Assembly: GCA_025964465.1 (NCBI GenBank)
Contig: JAOPYS010000244.1
Coordinates: 1 to 46,896 of the forward strand
Source of the DNA: Thermoleophilia bacterium
Lineage (GTDB): Bacteria; Actinomycetota; Thermoleophilia; Gaiellales; SKUG01
DNA: 46,896 nt
Reading direction: 5' to 3'
Shown: one piece after another, positions 41,601-46,896 of the stretch
Position numbering within the stretch: position 1 is the stretch's first letter
Layout of the letters: every line of letters starts with the position of its first letter
The notes under the pieces: model-generated
Seen by the model: the letters and a program-made list of their open reading frames with translations, nothing else
Told to the model about the DNA's origin: nothing
Database searches by the model: none
Program-made: the position numbers and the translations under genes

Positions 41601-44144
41601 CTACGATTGGCGTAGCAGGTGCACGCGCGGCTCGATCGCGACCTGCACGCATGCCGCGTACGTCTTCGCGCTGCTCGCGGTCGAGGCGTCAGTGAGGTCG
41701 ACGACGACATCGCCCGGCCACACGAGCAGCTCGGCGCCGTCCGGAGGGATGCGGAGCGGCTCGCCGCCCAAGCCATCATCGGGGGTCTGCGCTCGCGTCC
41801 CCGGCTCGATGATGGCGCCGCTCAGGTCGGAGCGGATGAGCTTCGTGGTCTCTGCCGCTGACACGATGAACTTCGGGACGATGCTCGCGCTCGACCCCGA
41901 GCGGCTGCGTGCGATGGAGCGCGCGGGCACGAGCACGATGTGATCGAGGGCGAAGGAGTTGGTCGCCGATCCGCTGTTGGTGAACCCGAGACGCAACCAT
42001 TCGCGCCGTGGGCGCGCGCGGTCGACTTTCAAGGTAATCGTCCCCAGGTAGTACTGCCGAAACCCAGCCGCGGTGGGCAGCTTGAGCGTCTTGCCCGCTG
42101 CCCGGAAGTTGCCGTAGCGCCGTGCGCCGTAGTTGGTGCCTCGCTCGGGCGCGATGCTCAGGGCGCAGGCAAGGCCGGTCTGTGTGGTGTCCGCGTACAC
42201 CCGCCCGAAGATGGCGACGTCGACCTCGTCGCGCGTGTAGTCGTCGGGCGTGAACAAGTGCGGCAGGATCGGCAGCTCCATGTTCGCGTTCGCGCCCGCA
42301 GCGCCCGACACGAAGAACGAGGTGCCCAACAGGTAGACGGCGTTGGTGCCCGTCGATGCCCACGCCGTGCCGGTCAGGGAGGCCGCCGCGGTGTTCATGG
42401 CCGCGCCGGGGATGATGCCGGGCCCGAACCCGCCGAGGTCGCTGGCGGGGGCCGTGGTGCCCTCGTAGACCTGCACGTCGTCGAACTGGAAGGTGGTCGC
42501 CGTCGCGGCGGCTGTGACGATCGCGACGTAGGCGAGGTCGGTGTCGGCCGTCGGCGTCCACGTGACGGAGACCGGCGTCCATGCGGTCGACAGCGCGGTG
42601 GCTGTGCTCAGGTTGGACGAGGTCGCGTTGCCGAGCAGCACGTACATGAGGGTGGTGCTCGCAGCCGAGCGCATGCGCGCCTTCGCCGTGTAGGTCACGC
42701 CCTTTCGGAACCCGCCACGACGGTAGATCGGGAAGTTGGGGCCGCTCGATCCGGTCGCCGGGGTGACGGCCTCGAAGCTCGCCGTGCCGGCGTAGATGGC
42801 GGCCGTTTGGCGAACCACGCTGGTCGCCGCGTTGGTGACACTGGTGATACCGGCGGGCGTCCACCCGTACGCGGTGGTGGTGACCGCGCCGACGACCTCC
42901 GCCGCACCGTTCCAGACGTAGTTGTGAGCCGGCAAGCGCGGCCACCACGCGTACAACATCACCAGCGCCGTGTTCGTCCCCGTGTACGAGATCGCCGCGT
43001 AGGCATCCACCGTGCCGCCCGGTACATTCCCCAGGCGCAGCACGTCCGGGAACGCTCGGATCCCGTATGTGCACGCCGCCGCGCGGAAGTCGTCCAGCGC
43101 CGCCGCGGACTGCTGCGGCGCCCACACGAACCCCACCCGTCCGCGGATCCCCGCGCCGAACAGGGCGGCGTCCGCCGTCGAGAGGGTCGCGCCCCCCGCT
43201 GCAGTCGGCAGGCCCATCGGCGTCGGCTCCGACGTCCACAGTTCCGCGAACAGCACGTTGCCCTCGATGCGGCCCAGCACCCAGTACGTCGTCCCCGTTG
43301 CGAGCCGCGTGCTCAGTGGCACGCTCGAGAGATTCGTCACCACGCCCGCGACGACCTTGTCGATCCGCAGCCGGCTGGTAGTGCCGTTGTCGTCGACGTA
43401 GCTCGTGATGTAGTTCGACGCGTCCAGGCGCGTGTGGATCACGCCCGCCTTGTACGCGCTGATCGTCGACCCGAGCGTGTGCTTCACCACCACCTGCACG
43501 TCGCCCAGCAGGTTCGAGTTGCCGGTGTGGATCACGTGATTCTCGGTCGTGACGTTCGCCGCCGCCGTCACCACCCCGCCCACCACGGCCATGTTCGTCA
43601 ACGCGCCCGCGTCCGCCGTCCAATCCGACCCGCCGCGGTTGAAGCGACCCGCCGTCGTCATCGTCGCGAATGAGAAGTCGTCGAAGATGTCGAGCGGGTC
43701 CGCGAACCCGTACGGATCCACCACCAACGACACCGAGAACCGCGCGCGATCGAACCGCTCGTACTCCGCCAGATCCACCGGGCTGCGCTTCGCCGCCGCC
43801 ACCCGGAACGTCGTCATGTACGACGCGCCCTCCGACCGGTACCGCAACACCCCGCCGCCCTGCGTGGTGATGTCGTCCAGCACGCGGTCGAGCGCATCCA
43901 GGCGCGTCTGCAGCTGCGTGAGGCTCGACGCCGTAATGATGAGCGCGAACTGCTGCTCACGCGCATCCTTCGGCGCGCCCGTGACCGTCACACGCTCCCC
44001 GTCGAACGTCTGCGAGTACATCGGACGCTCCACGGGGTGCCCGAGGCTCGAACCATCCCCCAGCACGCTGCAGCCGATGGTCGCGTCGAGCGCCTGCACA
44101 CGCCCGCTGTAGTTCGCTTCGAGCTCGACGAGTAGGGATCCCAT
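41601..44144 (-). CDS. large minor tail protein (Dit position) with LamG/CBM-like insertions
   Basis: 847-aa gene directly after the tape measure. Internal 'YGWTPAG..ASFEAVTP..' and 'FQFDDVQVYEG' are CBM-like strands. Confidence 0.6.
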   Translation of the reverse strand: MGSLLVELEANYSGRVQALDATIGCSVLGDGSSLGHPVERPMYSQTFDGERVTVTGAPKDAREQQFALIITASSLTQLQTRLDALDRVLDDITTQGGGVLRYRSEGASYMTTFRVAAAKRSPVDLAEYERFDRARFSVSLVVDPYGFADPLDIFDDFSFATMTTAGRFNRGGSDWTADAGALTNMAVVGGVVTAAANVTTENHVIHTGNSNLLGDVQVVVKHTLGSTISAYKAGVIHTRLDASNYITSYVDDNGTTSRLRIDKVVAGVVTNLSSVPLSTRLATGTTYWVLGRIEGNVLFAELWTSEPTPMGLPTAAGGATLSTADAALFGAGIRGRVGFVWAPQQSAAALDDFRAAACTYGIRAFPDVLRLGNVPGGTVDAYAAISYTGTNTALVMLYAWWPRLPAHNYVWNGAAEVVGAVTTTAYGWTPAGITSVTNAATSVVRQTAAIYAGTASFEAVTPATGSSGPNFPIYRRGGFRKGVTYTAKARMRSAASTTLMYVLLGNATSSNLSTATALSTAWTPVSVTWTPTADTDLAYVAIVTAAATATTFQFDDVQVYEGTTAPASDLGGFGPGIIPGAAMNTAAASLTGTAWASTGTNAVYLLGTSFFVSGAAGANANMELPILPHLFTPDDYTRDEVDVAIFGRVYADTTQTGLACALSIAPERGTNYGARRYGNFRAAGKTLKLPTAAGFRQYYLGTITLKVDRARPRREWLRLGFTNSGSATNSFALDHIVLVPARSIARSRSGSSASIVPKFIVSAAETTKLIRSDLSGAIIEPGTRAQTPDDGLGGEPLRIPPDGAELLVWPGDVVVDLTDASTASSAKTYAACVQVAIEPRVHLLRQS

Positions 44145-44159
44145 GCCCCCGCGTCCGCG

Positions 44160-46896
44160 TTACGACCGTCCGCTGTAGAGCCGATCGGCGTTGCCACCCA
44201 TCGCGTTGCCCCCGTTGGACGCCGCCGCCATCGCGCCCTGCACCGCCGGGTCGTACCCCGAGAGCGCGTTGATGTTGTAGATCACCTGGGGGCGCGCGCC
44301 GGCGCCGCCCGCGAGAGCGTTGTAGCCGCCGCCGTACCCGATGTCGCCGCTCGAGCTGAGCGCGCCCAGCGATGCCTCGGAGAGGCGGGCCTGCTCGGTC
44401 GCGACGTCGAGCTTGCGCTGCATCTGGTCCTTCTGCGCCTGCATGTCGGGCGTGACCTCGGACTCGATGTCGTGCACCGTGTTGTGCGCCGCGGTCGCCG
44501 CGCGCGTGGCCGACGTGCCCGCCGTGACCACGCTCGTGCGGTCGCTGCCCGTGAGGCCCGCACCCGCGCCGGAGAGGAACGACGCCGCTTCGCCCGCGAT
44601 GCCCGTCTCGAGGCCCTCGATGCGGCCGTACCAGAGCCTGTCGTCGTCCTTGCCCTCGGTGGCCTCTGCGGCGGCGAGGCCCGCGTCGAGCTCGGCGCGG
44701 GACGCATCCCACCGCTCCTGCATCTTCGAGAACGCGTCGAGCGCCGGGTTTCCAGCGTCCGGCCCGACCGAGTCGTTCACGGCCGAGTTCATGTCGTCCT
44801 GCAGCGACCGGCGCGTCTCAGGGTCCAGCGCCGCAGCGTCCTTCAACAGCTTCGTCTGCCCGCTCAGGATCTTCCGCACTGCCGCGGCCCGCGCCGCGGC
44901 CACGTTCCGGATGTCGGCCTCGGCGGCGGTGTCGTCGTCCGTCCCGGGCGTGAGGCGCGCCGCCGCGAGCCGCTGCTCCGCGTTGCCCTTGTCGCGGTCG
45001 AACTCGCTCGTGATCGCGCCGATCTGCGCGTCCCGCAGGTTCGTCGCGAGGCCCGTGAACGCCGACGCCGCGCCACCACGATCGCGGCGGTACCCGTCGA
45101 TCAGGTTGGTCTGGTCGACCACTCGCTGGTTGAGGCCGTCGAGCTTGTCCTTCTGCGTGCCGCGCGCGGTCTTCTGCGCCGCTGTCTTCCCCGGCATGCC
45201 CTTGAGCTTCGCCGCCGCCGTGTTGCGCGCCGCGATCAGGTCGGCGCGCACCTGGAGCGCCTTCTTCTCCTTCGCGAGGAGAGTCTCCATCGCCTTGCGC
45301 TGCGCGTTGAGCTTCGTCTGGATGTCCGCCGTGGACTGGGACGCCTCGAGCTCGGCGGCGGCGAGGTACGTCGCGGAGGGCGTGGGCTTCGGCGCCTTCG
45401 CATGGTGCACGGCGGGCTTGTGACCCTTCCGCGCGACGGCCCCGCCGGCGGCGTACTTCGGCACGTCGCCAGCGACCGCAGCGGCGCGCCATCGCTCGAC
45501 CGCCGCATGACCGCCCATCATCGCGACCTCGCGAGCGGTGAGGACGTGCTCACCATTCGAGAGGCGCGCCAGGATGCTGTCGCTCGTTCCGGTGCCCGGG
45601 CCCGTGATGGCACCGCCGGCCGCGTGCCCCTTCCCCTTGCCGCCGCCGAGCACGTTCGTCGGGTCGAAGTGCGGGATCGTTCCCACCGTCGAGATGCGGT
45701 ACGTCACGGGGACGTTGATGGGCTGCGCCGTCGCTCGCGCGGCCGCGTAGTCCGCCGCGAACGCCGTGACCCACGCTCGGCTCGGGGGCGTCGTGCCGAT
45801 GCGCGCGATGATCTGGTTCACGTTCGACGTGCCGAACGCCGCGACGCGCTGCGCCGACGACATCTCCGTCACGAGCGCCTTCGCGACACGCATGTTCATC
45901 GGGGTGCGCGCCATGCCCTCGATGTGCTTCTTCACGAAGTCGGCGCCCAGCCCAGCCTTCTGCCAGCTGTCGAGCATGTCGCGCGCCGACGCGCGCGCCG
46001 CCTTCGACGGGATCCCCAGCGCGTTGCCGAGCTTGTCGGCCTCGACCTGCGCCTTCCGCACCTCGGTGGTGTGCTTCGCGACCGCCGCGCGCGCATCGCT
46101 GATCTCCTTCTGCGCGTCACGAAGGCGGCCGTTCTGGTGCTCCACGCCCTTCGCGAACTCGTCGGCGCTGACCTTCCCGTCCTTCCACTTCCGGTTCAGC
46201 TCCCCGAGCTTCTTGTTCGCATCGGCGATCGCCTCACCGCCACGCATGTCACCCGGCGAGTTCGCGACGTGGCTGGTCTCGTGCGACACCGGATCGGTGT
46301 AGCTGTGACCGCGGTCGTTCTGCAGGTGGTTGAGCTTCACCCGCGCCTGCAGTTGCTTCTCCGTTGCCGCGGTGACGCGCTCCTCCGCGCGCACGCGCTC
46401 CGCTGCCAGCGTCGCCTCCTCGCCCGCGGTGAGCCGACCCGCAGCGGCAGACGACACCGCGCCCTGGGCGCGCACTGCCCCGGGCGCCACCGCGTTCGTG
46501 GCGTCCTTCGTGGCCGTGTTCACCTCCTGCTGGGCGGCCGCCTGCCGCTTGACCGCCGCGGTGTGCACATCCATCGCCGCCGCGTACTCCGGCGACTTCT
46601 TGCCGTGCGCATCCGCCGCGCGATCAGCAGCGTCCTCAGACGCCGCGAGCTTGCGATTCGCGTCGTCCAGGCGCATCGCGGCGCCCTGCCGCACCTCGAC
46701 CGCCTGCGCGAGATCCAGCGCCGTCGACGTGTGCCGCTTCGACGCCTTCTGTTCCGCGTCAGCCGCCGCCTCCTGGCGGTGCTGGTAGTACTTCCACCCC
46801 AGCTCCGCGACGACCGTGCCGGCGCCGAGGATCGTCAGGGACCGCGCCGCCATCCCGGCGCCCGCGGCGAACCGGCCGAGCACCGGCACCGCGCGC
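44160..46896 (-). CDS. tail tape measure protein, 5' end beyond the window
   Basis: More than 909 aa, Ala/Gln/Lys-rich and helical. Contains 'GPGTGTSDSILARLSNGEHVLTAREV', a motif common in tape measure proteins. The listed start is a GTG 7 nt from the window edge with the frame still open. Confidence 0.8.
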   Translation of the reverse strand, partial: RAVPVLGRFAAGAGMAARSLTILGAGTVVAELGWKYYQHRQEAAADAEQKASKRHTSTALDLAQAVEVRQGAAMRLDDANRKLAASEDAADRAADAHGKKSPEYAAAMDVHTAAVKRQAAAQQEVNTATKDATNAVAPGAVRAQGAVSSAAAGRLTAGEEATLAAERVRAEERVTAATEKQLQARVKLNHLQNDRGHSYTDPVSHETSHVANSPGDMRGGEAIADANKKLGELNRKWKDGKVSADEFAKGVEHQNGRLRDAQKEISDARAAVAKHTTEVRKAQVEADKLGNALGIPSKAARASARDMLDSWQKAGLGADFVKKHIEGMARTPMNMRVAKALVTEMSSAQRVAAFGTSNVNQIIARIGTTPPSRAWVTAFAADYAAARATAQPINVPVTYRISTVGTIPHFDPTNVLGGGKGKGHAAGGAITGPGTGTSDSILARLSNGEHVLTAREVAMMGGHAAVERWRAAAVAGDVPKYAAGGAVARKGHKPAVHHAKAPKPTPSATYLAAAELEASQSTADIQTKLNAQRKAMETLLAKEKKALQVRADLIAARNTAAAKLKGMPGKTAAQKTARGTQKDKLDGLNQRVVDQTNLIDGYRRDRGGAASAFTGLATNLRDAQIGAITSEFDRDKGNAEQRLAAARLTPGTDDDTAAEADIRNVAAARAAAVRKILSGQTKLLKDAAALDPETRRSLQDDMNSAVNDSVGPDAGNPALDAFSKMQERWDASRAELDAGLAAAEATEGKDDDRLWYGRIEGLETGIAGEAASFLSGAGAGLTGSDRTSVVTAGTSATRAATAAHNTVHDIESEVTPDMQAQKDQMQRKLDVATEQARLSEASLGALSSSGDIGYGGGYNALAGGAGARPQVIYNINALSGYDPAVQGAMAAASNGGNAMGGNADRLYSGRS

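Larger units (their letters stand above)
22997..46896. mobile_element. integrated siphovirus-type prophage; one arm only, continues past the right window edge
   Basis: A tRNA-fragment att core lies next to a tyrosine integrase. It is followed by xis, early recombination/replication genes, divergent XRE immunity genes, a lysis cassette, minor tail genes and a tape measure gene. Confidence 0.9.

Overview
This is very high-G+C DNA with actinobacterial-type codon usage (GC3-rich ORFs, many GTG starts, long antisense shadow ORFs). No rRNA genes, CRISPR arrays or IS elements were seen.

Bases 1-22,900 are ordinary chromosomal genes. They include a 5'-truncated CASTOR/POLLUX-like RCK channel, MOSC protein, two MFS transporters, TetR and MarR regulators, an ANTAR regulator, aldo/keto reductase, nitronate monooxygenase and an AI-2E transporter. 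A sarcosine-oxidase-like gene is frameshifted. Several secreted repeat proteins are present (RTX, He_PIG Ig-like, delta-60 propeller, poly-Gly/Pro).

From about 22,997 to the window end lies one arm of an integrated siphovirus-type prophage. Read along the minus strand from the right edge, its order is:
- tape measure (cut by the window), then two large minor tail proteins
- a 4-gene accessory operon: 4-TM protein, TM/coiled-coil protein, HTH-metallophosphoesterase, small acidic protein
- a low-coding gap holding a reverse-oriented mini-gene
- holin-like genes and a CHAP endolysin
- an immunity region with divergent XRE regulators; the repressor is coupled to a secreted protein
- an early operon: exonuclease, RecT, replisome organizer, DnaC-like loader, HTH proteins, orphan SPPY DNA methyltransferase, RusA, Zn-ribbon protein
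- xis, then int, then a tRNA-Ala(UGC)-like 3' fragment that looks like the att core

The best candidate for an undescribed system is the translationally coupled operon at 36,949-39,479. The neighbouring moron-like unit at 36,293-36,830 and the repressor-linked secreted protein at 33,197-33,982 are secondary candidates.

All functional calls come from reading motifs by eye. No database search was run.
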